64,000 nucleotides of DNA from Balanoglossus misakiensis (taxonomy: Eukaryota > Animalia > Hemichordata): the NCBI GenBank assembly GCA_040954595.2, contig CM082581.2, positions 10,539,099-10,603,098 on the forward strand, written 5' to 3'. The position numbers and the translations under genes are program-made. The notes under the pieces were generated by a model that was not told the origin of the DNA, ran no database searches, and saw nothing but the letters and a program-made list of their open reading frames with translations. Below, in pieces: positions 42,211 through 51,701 of this stretch (positions are counted from its first letter, which is position 1; each line of letters starts with the position of its first letter).

Positions 42211-42872
42211 GTATTTATTATCTCTTTGCTGTCTCCATTTTTTCTTTGTATCTATATATTATATATATTATATATTTGTAAATATTTTTACCCTTTATTT
42301 TCATTTTTTTGTCATTATTGATCTACAATGCCATACAGTTTGTGATTGGTAGTAGTGAAAATTCTCCTCTTTTTTTTATCTCTCGTGAAACTAAGGCCGA
42401 CCATGGTGAACCCTTATCACCACCGAAAAATATAAAGGCATCACAAGGAGTTCTTATGATGGCATTGTAAATCATACCTCTATACTCCTTGAAATTCACG
42501 CCTTTCTACCGGAAAATTTTGTAAACTCACAATGCATTTCATTAAGATTTTTTTCGTAATTGTTTATATGGCAGATGTGTGCGTGTTTATGCCGTCGTGC
42601 AGCAATTTTTAAAACAAATTTTTCCAAACTTTTGCAGATTCATTATACATATATATATATTTATATATATAAAAGCATGTCTGAGCTTGGAAGTTTTGAA
42701 ATGCTGTTTTTTCCCTTTCATATTTCTGTCAAAAATATTCCTTCAATAAATGTCATTATTCCCCTCTGTAACTCCAAGATTTTTTTCTCTCCACATTCTC
42801 CTTGTGTTTAATGTGAAGTACGAATTGAAAACATCACAGGATAAATGTTTCTTTTTTTTTGCATCTTTTCAG

Positions 42873-42948
42873 GGATGCCCGTGTAGTGAAGGACCCTCAA
42901 ACCAACAAATCAAAGGGATATGGTTTCGTTTCGTTTGTTAATAAACCG
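42873..42948 (+). CDS. TIAL1: TIA-1/TIAR exon, RRM2 RNP1 (DARVVKDPQTNKSKGYGFVSFVNKP)
   Basis: ttttcag acceptor, CCG|gtaagt donor, 76 nt; RNP1 KGYGFVSF. Confidence 0.97.
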
Positions 42949-44199
42949 GTAAGTGATGACGCTCTCGTCAGATGTGTACATTTTTCGCCTGTTGCGGTTC
43001 CCTTGCTATTAAAGAAATCCATCTTGCTTGCCCTGCTTATGAGCACTTCTAAGTGGCCATATTTACCTCGGGCCATTCAGAAATTTGCTGGAAAATATCG
43101 TCCTGCGCTGGGGCCGTTTCTCTCACCTGTAGAACAGTGGCGTGTGAGGAACAATGCCCTGAAGCTGTAATTATAGACGAGCATTTAACTAGGCTGAAAA
43201 TTTGCTGGTTTTTTTTTTTGTCTGTTCGTTCCCGTTCCCTTCCCCCAGATTTGAATGCATAGAGTGTGTCATCCAAGCGCTGCGGAGATTGAGTCGCTCA
43301 ACCCGTAGTCAAATGTCTATTCATGAAGCAACAATGACCTGAGAATACCGATAATAATTTTTCTCTCTCCAGTGTGGTAAAGATTGGAAATATGGTCGTT
43401 GAAATATTTTTGCATTTTGCTGCTAGCGCCGTTCGGTTATTCTCTCTTTCCGACGCGACACAAGTTGTTCACAGGATATGCATAAAATTTAATAACAAAA
43501 GGGAGCCGTCCTCTTTTTTGTTAGATCAAAATTACTTGCCGCCCTCATAAATTATTATTCTGTGCTGATCCAGTTCTTTGAAAGCCATTATTGGGAGCCA
43601 TCAGCAAAGCCAATAAGAGAAGGGCAAGACGAGAATGGATATCAACCGTCATTCATCAAAAATAAGTCTGTCATATTTGTCCCCCCCGGATTTGGCCTTA
43701 TCTTGCACAAGTGTATGCCGGCGTGGTCTGTTCTGAAAATTGAAGTGCCGGAATGTTTGGGTATTAAAAAACAGGAGATAAAAGTTCCGTACTTTGGCTT
43801 TGATAAGATTGGTTAGGGAGCTACGTCGGAAAAGCATCTTGTTACAGATATGGCAATATTGTTGTATATTTTGTCGACGTAGCAGGCAACCATTGTGCAT
43901 TGTTTTAAATAAAGAGTGGTTCGATTTCAATGGTGCTTTAGTAATTAATCAGCCTTGCCATTGTGTTTCTGAGCCAAAAGTAATTACGGTTCAGTAACAA
44001 AGGTGGTGACTGCATATTAATTTTCTATGGCCTTGAAAATGTGAAATTTCTTAATGTTGCGCAGTGTGGGACTGTAGAGGGCGCTTTTTGATTCAACATT
44101 GCTGACGACAAAATTGCTGGATGGTTCATATACCTATGTATTTTTCTGGAAAAGCCAGGATATCAGGAAATTATGTGATAATTTCATTTTTCTTCACAG

Positions 44200-44305
44200 G
44201 AAGCAGAAAATGCGATCAAGGGAATGAGTGGGCAGTGGTTAGGGGGTAGAACCATCCGTACCAACTGGGCAACAAGAAAGCCACCACCACCCAGGCAAAG
44301 TGAAC
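44200..44305 (+). CDS. TIAL1: TIA-1/TIAR exon ([35 protein letters not shown])
   Basis: cttcacag acceptor, C|gtgagt donor, 106 nt; family signature [18 protein letters not shown]. Confidence 0.97.
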
Positions 44306-44539
44306 GTGAGTGTACTGTGTCAAAACCATAATTGTTCATTTGAATTTCTAGTATAGGTTAGATGTTTGTTTCAAATCTTTTTGGAGTTATTTGTCGGACA
44401 CAAAGACTTGCATTTTGCTGTTGTTTTTCCGCTTGTCTACAAAAAAGTTCCTTAGCAACAGATGAGCAGACAGATTTGAAGGTATGCGGTAAGAGCACAA
44501 AACCAAATTAATTTTGTCTCGTGTTTTGACCCTCAACAG

Positions 44540-44632
44540 CCGTGAAGCAGTTCAGCTACGATGAGGTTTTGAACCAGGCTAACTACACAAACACTACAGT
44601 CTATTGCGGAGGTGTTTCTAACGGTTTAACAG
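44540..44632 (+). CDS. TIAL1: TIA-1/TIAR exon, RRM3 start ([31 protein letters not shown])
   Basis: caacag acceptor, G|gtaagt donor, 93 nt; TVYCGG RNP2 typical of TIA RRM3. Confidence 0.95.
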
Positions 44633-44943
44633 GTAAGTGGAGGCGGCCATTTTGTTTTGTTCCACCTCTCATGTATCTTGTCTTTTAGGCAAACTATCAC
44701 GTTAACTAGCAGTGGCGAGAGTATTGTCTGAGAGGGCTTGTCACCTTCTTGTCAGGGCCAGCTGTGTCAAAATCCACTTCACTGTAATGCCACAGGAAAA
44801 ATAATGTACTACTAGATAAAAGTTTCATGGCTGAATCTTTCAACGAGGTGGACAGAATTCTTGGAAAAACTGAAACGATTCTGAAAGAACTTTTACAGAA
44901 AACACTTAAAGAAAATGCATTTCTTTTTACTCTACCACAACAG

Positions 44944-45028
44944 AGGCCAAAATGAGAGAAGTTTTCAGTACGTATGGATTGATCCAAGAAGTCAGGGTGT
45001 TCCCAGACAAAGGATATGCCTTCATACG
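44944..45028 (+). CDS. TIAL1: TIA-1/TIAR exon, RRM3 (EAKMREVFSTYGLIQEVRVFPDKGYAFIR)
   Basis: caacag acceptor, CG|gtatgt donor, 85 nt; RNP1 KGYAFIR. Confidence 0.96.
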
Positions 45029-45455
45029 GTATGTATACATACCCCACCTCCCCCACTCCCACCCCCCTGTCTCTGACTGTTCTACACCCACCCATGTCAA
45101 AAATCCATTTGCCCATTTACGTTTATGGTAGAATATTGAAAAATTTAAAGCAGAGAAAATATTGTGTGACATATTGTCTTTAAATACCTACCATTTTACG
45201 ACTTTCTCCATATTTGTTTTATGCATTGACAATTCCAAAGAGGAGCAAACGCAAACATGAAATTGAGAAGAACCCATATTTATTGCCGAAACATGTTGGA
45301 CGGTATTATAACCAACAGACATTTGCAGGTTTTCCCCCCATGAGCCGTAAACCATTCCCAATGAAACCTTGAACCTTGTGCACATCTACCTGAGTGTTCA
45401 GTCTGACAACAACACTCCAAAAGTTTTAACGAGATATTTTCCCTTTCTTCCACAG

Positions 45456-45576
45456 ATTCTCAACTCACGAGAGCGCTGCCCATGCCATTGTCAATGTCCA
45501 TGGGTCACAAATCAATTGCCACTCTGTCAAGTGTTCCTGGGGCAAAGAATCATCAGATCCCCTCTATCAAGCACAT
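45456..45576 (+). CDS. TIAL1: TIA-1/TIAR exon, RRM3 end ([40 protein letters not shown])
   Basis: ttccacag acceptor, CAT|gtaaga donor, 121 nt; HESAAHAI and VKCxWGKE signatures. Confidence 0.96.
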
Positions 45577-46366
45577 GTAAGACGATTTTCTTTATCATCT
45601 CTCCCTCTTTTTGATGTATGTATGTGTCTAAGCAAGTAAACGTATGCCTCTGTCGTTTATCTGTGTCACAACACAAAACGAGCCTGGTTCCTTTTTATCT
45701 CTCACATTATTCCCAGATCTTTCCCTATCAGTTATCTCGGCAAACCGTCTTTCCACTTAATATATGCGCCGTCGCTTTCTGTTGCGATAGTTACTATGTT
45801 TTCCGATCCATCTTCATGATGGAAGTACAAAGCCAGCTATCTTTGTAATTTCCTAGGTGGTTTTTCTTAACTGTGGTGAGTGGTGACCTTTTGGTAACCT
45901 TTTTGTTGCACTTTTTTGCTAATGCTGTCTGCCTACCTGTCTGTCTGTCTGTCTGTCTGTCTGTTCCTGTCTCTCTTTGACTGACTGTTAGTATTATCTG
46001 TCCATTTGTTTAAGGTAGTATGCGCCCCAAGGACAACGTGTAGGGAGTCTTTTTGAAAACAAAGAAGAAAACTGGGTGATGACCGTCTTGTTTTCATGAA
46101 TATCGCTGCTTTAAATTTTCTCCACAGACAGAACACAGAGCTTTGAATTCGAGACACTGTGACACAATCTTACTCTGTCATTCAAAATTTTGCATGGCAA
46201 CCCTCAATATTCTCAATTTTAAGAGAGAATATCTTAAAGTTGCCTTGAGAAAATATGAGAGGACATTTAAGACTTTGATTTTTGAGGTGCATTCTACCTT
46301 AACTCTGTTTTTCTTATGAACCTTGTCACACTTTGTCATTTTTTCTTCTTCTCTTTCCTCCATTAA

Positions 46367-46450
46367 CCCGTAAACCACAATGGTTTGACTCAAATCCATT
46401 GCTTTGTATGGTAAAGTTAGACCTCTAATGGATCGAAGTGAGAGAGTTGG
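46367..46450. mobile_element. Diverged copy of the 63032 MITE family
   Basis: ttaaCCC..accacaatggtt..caaatccattgctttgtatggtaaagttagacctctaa..gaagtg aligns by eye with 63028-63104. Confidence 0.65.
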
Positions 46451-46528
46451 GCAGTCACACTTGCCTAGTTGTGCCAAGTCTCCAACTAACAAGCTATTTG
46501 TTTTGTTTTTCTTTCTCTTTCAACACAG

Positions 46529-46695
46529 CAACAACAGAACACGTATAACCCCTATTACAGTTACCAGCAGAGTCAGTGGAATCAATATTACCCGTACACA
46601 CAACAGCAGCAGCAGGTACAACAGCAACAGTATGTGGCTGGAGCTACGGCAGCCGTTCCACAGCAGAGTTACAACTACTATCCCCCATACCCGGG
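46529..46695 (+). CDS. TIAL1: TIA-1/TIAR exon, Q/Y-rich prion-like domain (QQQNTYNPYYSYQQSQWNQYYPYTQQQQQVQQQQY...YPPYPG)
   Basis: long polypyrimidine tract + cag, GG|gtgagt donor, 167 nt; phase compatible with both neighbouring exons. Confidence 0.9.
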
Positions 46696-46974
46696 GTGAG
46701 TGTATATATGCAGTTACAAGTTACACGTTTTTTTTCATATTCCATGTACTATGGCTATCATTTCAATTCAAATCCCTCAGTTTGGAGATTTTTTTGTGTT
46801 GGTCAGTCATAGTCTGCACATTTCCCAAAATTGGCCTCATGAGGGCGCTAGATAAAGTTTGTGACTGCAGACATATTTACTGTAACATTCTGTCTCTGAC
46901 AGTTGAGACCTTATGTGTGCATATTTTTATCTTTATTCCACAATTTTGACCTTTTATTTCCTTTTCTGATGCAG

Positions 46975-47176
46975 ACCCAACGTGGTGGTGGCAGGCTACA
47001 ACATGCAAGGCTACGGCACCCAGACTGGACAGCCCGCGGCCATCACGGGACAGAGTTACTCCGCGGGCCAACAGCAGCCCATGAACCAAGTGATGCAGCC
47101 AAACAACCCAGGTGGGCTTCTACCGACCCCGGCTACGCAACCAAATTTCATGCCACAGGGATACCCGGCTCAGTAA
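46975..47176 (+). CDS. TIAL1: TIA-1/TIAR last coding exon, prion-like domain (PNVVVAGYNMQGYGTQ...MPQGYPAQ*)
   Basis: polypyrimidine tract + gcag, in phase, TAA at 47174-47176; ends in GYxxQ like vertebrate TIA proteins. Confidence 0.92.
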
Positions 47177-50100
47177 AAAAAAATAAAAAATAATAAGAAC
47201 TTGGCTCCACTGTGACTAAAACATGCCATCACATGAAAGTGTGTATGACATCACAAGCTGTGTGTGACATCACATCAATTAACGATGACATCATCATGAC
47301 AGAAGCGATCACAACATGCCACATGCTCTTTTTATAAATTTCAACTTGTTTTGTCAAAAAGTGATAATTGTTAGATCTTCACAAGGAAGCTGTTTATAGT
47401 ACCAGACTGATCCTTCAAAGAAAATATGAATTTTTATGAACTACAAGAGGACTGATTTCTCTTTCATAGTGATGTCATTTATTTTGATGTTGCCAGTCTC
47501 GAAGAAAAAAAAAAGGCAAAACACTGGTTCTTGAGTCCAGCCAAAACGAAACAGAGAACCAAAGACGCTTAAATGTCAGGGTCTGCAATGAGAAGCAAAT
47601 TTATACAAAGGCTGCATATTGGTGAATTACTGGTATTTTTCCCTTTTGACATGTGACAATCCCTCTGATTGGCCGCTGCTTTTGTAACAAATCTGCTGAT
47701 TGGCTAGCTTTCATTTGATTGTTTGTTTGTTTGTTCTAAAAAGAAAAATAACCTGTTATATTTTATAGAATAGCCGAAGAAGTCATCCTGGCGATGACAG
47801 CTCGTACTGTACAGGATTTCTAACAGAAGTGAAGCAGATATTTAACCACACAAAAAAAAAATTATGTCTCCGAGGTAGTTTTTTTTTAAATTAAAGTTTT
47901 GTCATGCGCAATTAAATATTTTTGTGAAACTTGTAACACGTTGCCAGCCAGGGGGGTGTGCCACACACACAAAAATAAAATAATAAAATTATTTCTGTAA
48001 AAAGGAATTTTAATATGGCCTTCACTGGCTTCATTGTGTAAAGATCTTAGGTTCTGTAGTTGATAATTATGTAGTTAAGTAAATGTGAGAATTACAAGTC
48101 ATGTGGTGACCTCCTTGTGAAAAAAACTGGTAGCTATAGATCTAGATAGCGTGTGTTGCTTTTCTAAACTGTATAGACATGATCAAAACAAGCAAAACTG
48201 TACTGTACTTGTACTGAGAGAGAGGTTCAAATAGAGAGCAAATAATTAGCAATTTGTTGATATTGGTATGTTGTGAGTAGAGGTATGATTGTCATGAGAG
48301 AAAAAAAGAATGCCCTCATATACCCAGGCTGTTGTTTAATTTTATTGAGCAAAAATTAATATCTTTTTTCTCCCCCCTTCCTTCCCTTTGAATTCTGAGT
48401 CAAAAAATTATCAGAGTATGAATTTCTTTTGGAAGCTGTCTCCCCTCTTTTTCCTTGTAAAATAGAACAATCCAGAGCTTTAGGATTACCTAAGCCTATG
48501 CTGAGTTTACTAAGATGGGGGTGATATCAAAGCAAAGCAAAACAACACCCTTACTTAATCCTGAATTATGTACTAAAAGTCTAGAATTTCAGTAGCTTTA
48601 TCAAAGATGTATCAAAATCTGTTTATTTTTGTGTTTTTGCCAAATTGTTGTAGTGTGACTACTAGTGAAGTGGCTATTTGCCTTCTATGGAAGCGAGAGT
48701 GCCCAGTATATCAGTATGACATGTCAGTTGTCCAATCAGATTTCAAGTTTTGTCATCGTCATGGTAACTACAAAGTCTCAGGCAAAAGAAAGAAAATAAA
48801 AATTCTATTCTATGTAGCGTCAAAGTCTTGTGTCATCCATTGCATTGTCTGAAAAAAAAGATACATTTCACAAAGAATTTTTCTCTTTTATGAAAGAAAA
48901 AAGATAGTTCTATTTTGTCTATACTGTTGATTATTTGTGTATACTTGCCAATCTCGTTGGAATTCAAAACTTTTTAAGAACAAAAAGAGTCAAATTGTAC
49001 AGTTGGAGACAAGAGCTGACAGGATTTTTTCTAGATGGAAGCACAGATTGCAGAACCGTGTTTTGTTTGTCTGTCGGGCAACTGTGTTTTCAAAGTTTAT
49101 TTTTGCATCAGTGGAGAGACAATGCAAAGGATTATACATCGGACTTCAATAAGTGGATACTGGTACAGAGCTTTATGGCTGTCAAGTATTTTTCAGATTT
49201 TTTTCTCGTGGTCTGTTGCCTCAATTTGCTTGCGTTTGATGGGTACTCTTTGCAGGATGATAGGGGGAAGAAAACATTAAAATAGGTTTTGAAAAAATAA
49301 AAGCCAAACTATATTTGTACATGTAGGAAAGATTTTTTGTTGGGTTTCATCAGTGATAACCATTGGTGGCTGTTTCCTTTGCGTCTCTGAAAGTCTTACT
49401 CTGAATATTGGTAGCCCACGGAATTTTTTCATTTTCAGTCTTTTTTTTCCCAAGCATTGCCATCACATTTTATAACAGAGAGTTGATAGGTTTTTGCTTG
49501 TTTGCCAGTTTACACCAAGATTTCAATGTTGAATTTTAAAATGTGTAAAGAAAGTAGCAGAAAATTGTATGTTCTTCTGCTTTTTTTGCCTCGTACTGTA
49601 TTTATGTCAACTAAAGTACTTGTGAGTTTTGAGTTGCTGAAACGTTGTAAAAAAATTAAGATCCATGTCTTTGTAATTTGTACAGGAGAATTGATCATTT
49701 TTGATATATACACAATGTACCTGTGTTTAAAAAAACCTGTATTTGACCGATTTGTGCTTTTCACAGGAAGTCACATGACTGTCCACATGACTGTCACATG
49801 ACTCATTCACATCTTTGCTGGTTATGTCAACATGGAAAGGGATGTTAGTGTACAACAGTGTCTGTCTGAAAATAAAGACAAAAACATTTTTTTTTTGAGT
49901 GTGAGAGAGAAAATGCGTGAGAGCTGCTTAAAAGTAGTTAGATAAATTAATGAACCAATGAGTGTGCTTTTTGTGATGGTATAGTTTTAAGTAGCTGTAG
50001 AAATTTAAGGACAAAAACAACTTTAAAAGAATTTGCAGTAAATAAGGCTGATGTAGAAAACAAAAAAACTGTAGAAAAAATAAATTATGATTCCACTTTG

Positions 50101-50330
50101 AAGGGAGATTTGTAGAAACTGTAGAAGTAGCCAGTAGGACATATGAGAAATGTAACCTTTTAAGTAGTGTTGGTTGAGTTCGTAGTTTGTTGTATGTAAC
50201 TGACAAAACCAGTTGCCATGGCAACGAAGCTCTTTGGAAAAAAATATTGTATTTCATCAAATTTGACACCTGGTTTTGCAGATGAAGAGGAAAAAAAGCA
50301 AATAAAATATAATTTGTAAATTCTCTGCTC
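47177..50330 (+). other. Probable long AU-rich 3'UTR of TIA-1/TIAR
   Basis: Follows the stop codon; AT-rich, many TGTA motifs, several AATAAA; no splice-compatible coding. Confidence 0.6.
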
Positions 50331-50350
50331 TGTGTGATATTTTTTTTTGC
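50301..50350 (+). terminator. Candidate distal poly(A) signal AATAAA (50301-50306) with downstream GU/U-rich element
   Basis: AATAAA followed ~25-45 nt later by ctctgtgtgatatttttttttg. Confidence 0.55.
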
Positions 50351-50381
50351 ACAACACACCTTTCCACACCATTGATTTCAA

Positions 50382-50454
50382 CCCTTTGCACCCTGACCCC
50401 GTTGGTGACCTTTGACATCATGGTGAAGTGTTATTCCAGGCTGGGTTCAAAGGG
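50382..50454. mobile_element. Short piggyBac-like inverted-repeat element
   Basis: CCCTTTGCACCC ... GGGTTCAAAGGG (11/12 inverted match); degenerate TTAA flanks (tcaa / attaa). Confidence 0.45.
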
Positions 50455-51059
50455 ATTAAAACCACTCTTTCAAGAATCCTGGAAAAATGAAATTAATACA
50501 AGGTTCTGAAAAATCGATTAGAAATGCATCAAGCAAGTTACTTTAATATTGCAAAATTAGCTATTTGCATGAGTAAGGAAGAAAAGAAAAAGATCCATCT
50601 CTAACATCATTGAATATAGGCTGTTTTTAGAAAAAATTAATGAATGTCTTGCTAACAAGATGACCCAGCTCCAAGACTAGGAAAAGATGATGCAAAATTA
50701 ATCAAAAGCAACACCATTCATTTCCTCACATTTTCATCTTAGGTACAGTAGATGGCATCAAGGAGTTTCTTTCTTCATGAGCATTTCAAGTTTGTTGGTT
50801 AAGGATGTTTAAAATTTGTGTTACTGTGGATTATAATTCCATTATAAATTCATAATGGATGTGTCTCTCCCCAGGACAGCTTTGGAAAATGTAGCTGTCA
50901 AAATACGGCGCCCACTGGGGAGAACTTACAAAACGACTTTTACGGAACTACTAAGTATAATGTTTTTTACACTTTTACTAGCATGTACGATGTAGATTTT
51001 TCGACGAAATGAACGTTTCAAAGTACCCTTCGTGTTAATTAAAACGCGTTAAAAACGTA

Positions 51060-51360
51060 GGATAAAAAGTATGGTCCGACGCGGCCACCGACGACGCACG
51101 TAAGCGTCCCGGTTGCTATGGATACTGACGTTGCGATAGTAACCTGTCTTTCGGACGCTAGGCGTTTTCATGCCTGTCATTTCGTCCCACGTTTACTAAA
51201 TATTGGCAATATCCCCTGTTTATCTGAGTATTTTCACTAAAGGTCCTTCATCGCATCGATCTCCCGAAGCGATTAATAATTAATGAGGTGGGCGCTGCGT
51301 TGGTTTTTTCGTACAGCTCAGTTTTCATCGTGACTGGCATCGATCAAAATGGCGTCGTAG
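51060..51360 (+). promoter_or_regulatory. HECTD2 promoter/5' region: CpG-rich, tandem RFX X-boxes (51112-51125, 51130-51143), YY1-like CAAAATGGCG (51345-51354)
   Basis: Local CpG enrichment upstream of ATG 51450; GTTGCTATGGATAC and GTTGCGATAGTAAC. Confidence 0.7.
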
Positions 51361-51449
51361 CGAGGTGTACTGTACTGCATCAGGTGGCTACAGCTTTATC
51401 AGTAAAACATGCAGTGTCGTTGAATTTGACATGGGCCACCGCTGTGGCA

Positions 51450-51701
51450 ATGGCATGCCAGGTTACTAACATTACGTGTTCTCTGTGTGGAACCCCAATC
51501 TCGCCCGGCACCTTCCCCAACACCCAGGCGCAGGTACACTGCCCCAACTGTGGGACCAGCATGATGGCTTCTAACACGGTGGCCGCTGCTGGGCCCAGTC
51601 GGCCCAGACCCGCTGGTAGGAGAGTCAACGTGCCCGAGACAGGGCTAGACGTCATGAGCGGTACGTCCGACCACCTACCACCACTTGACACCAAAAAACA
51701 G
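51450..51701 (+). CDS. HECTD2: HECTD2 first coding exon (MACQVTNITCSLC...CPNC...HLPPLDTKKQ)
   Basis: gcaATGg start, open 84 codons, CAG|gtgagg donor in phase 0 matching the next exon; linked by phase and position rather than strong homology. Confidence 0.75.

Larger units (their letters stand above)
16510..47176 (+). other. TIAL1: TIA-1/TIAR (nucleolysin) gene span, 5'-partial; 9 coding exons
   Basis: Spliced exons join in phase: [28 protein letters not shown]..(RRM2)..-TVYCGGV..(RRM3)..-Q/Y-rich tail. The upstream RRM1 exons were not found in 1-16509. Confidence 0.95.

Noticed and set aside
7087-43312. Partial matches to miRNA 5' ends (miR-153-like at ~7087, miR-71-like at ~29581, miR-252-like at ~41711, miR-100-like at ~43300)
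   Set aside because: Matches stop after 8-10 nt and no precursor hairpin is evident.
46404-46949. 181-aa ORF, the longest in the track
   Set aside because: Off-frame reading across the TIAR Q/Y-rich exon and flanking introns.
47112-47135. GLLPTP motif in the TIAR tail resembling a Myc/Fbw7 phosphodegron
   Set aside because: Lacks the +4 S/T/E residue; too short to support a function.
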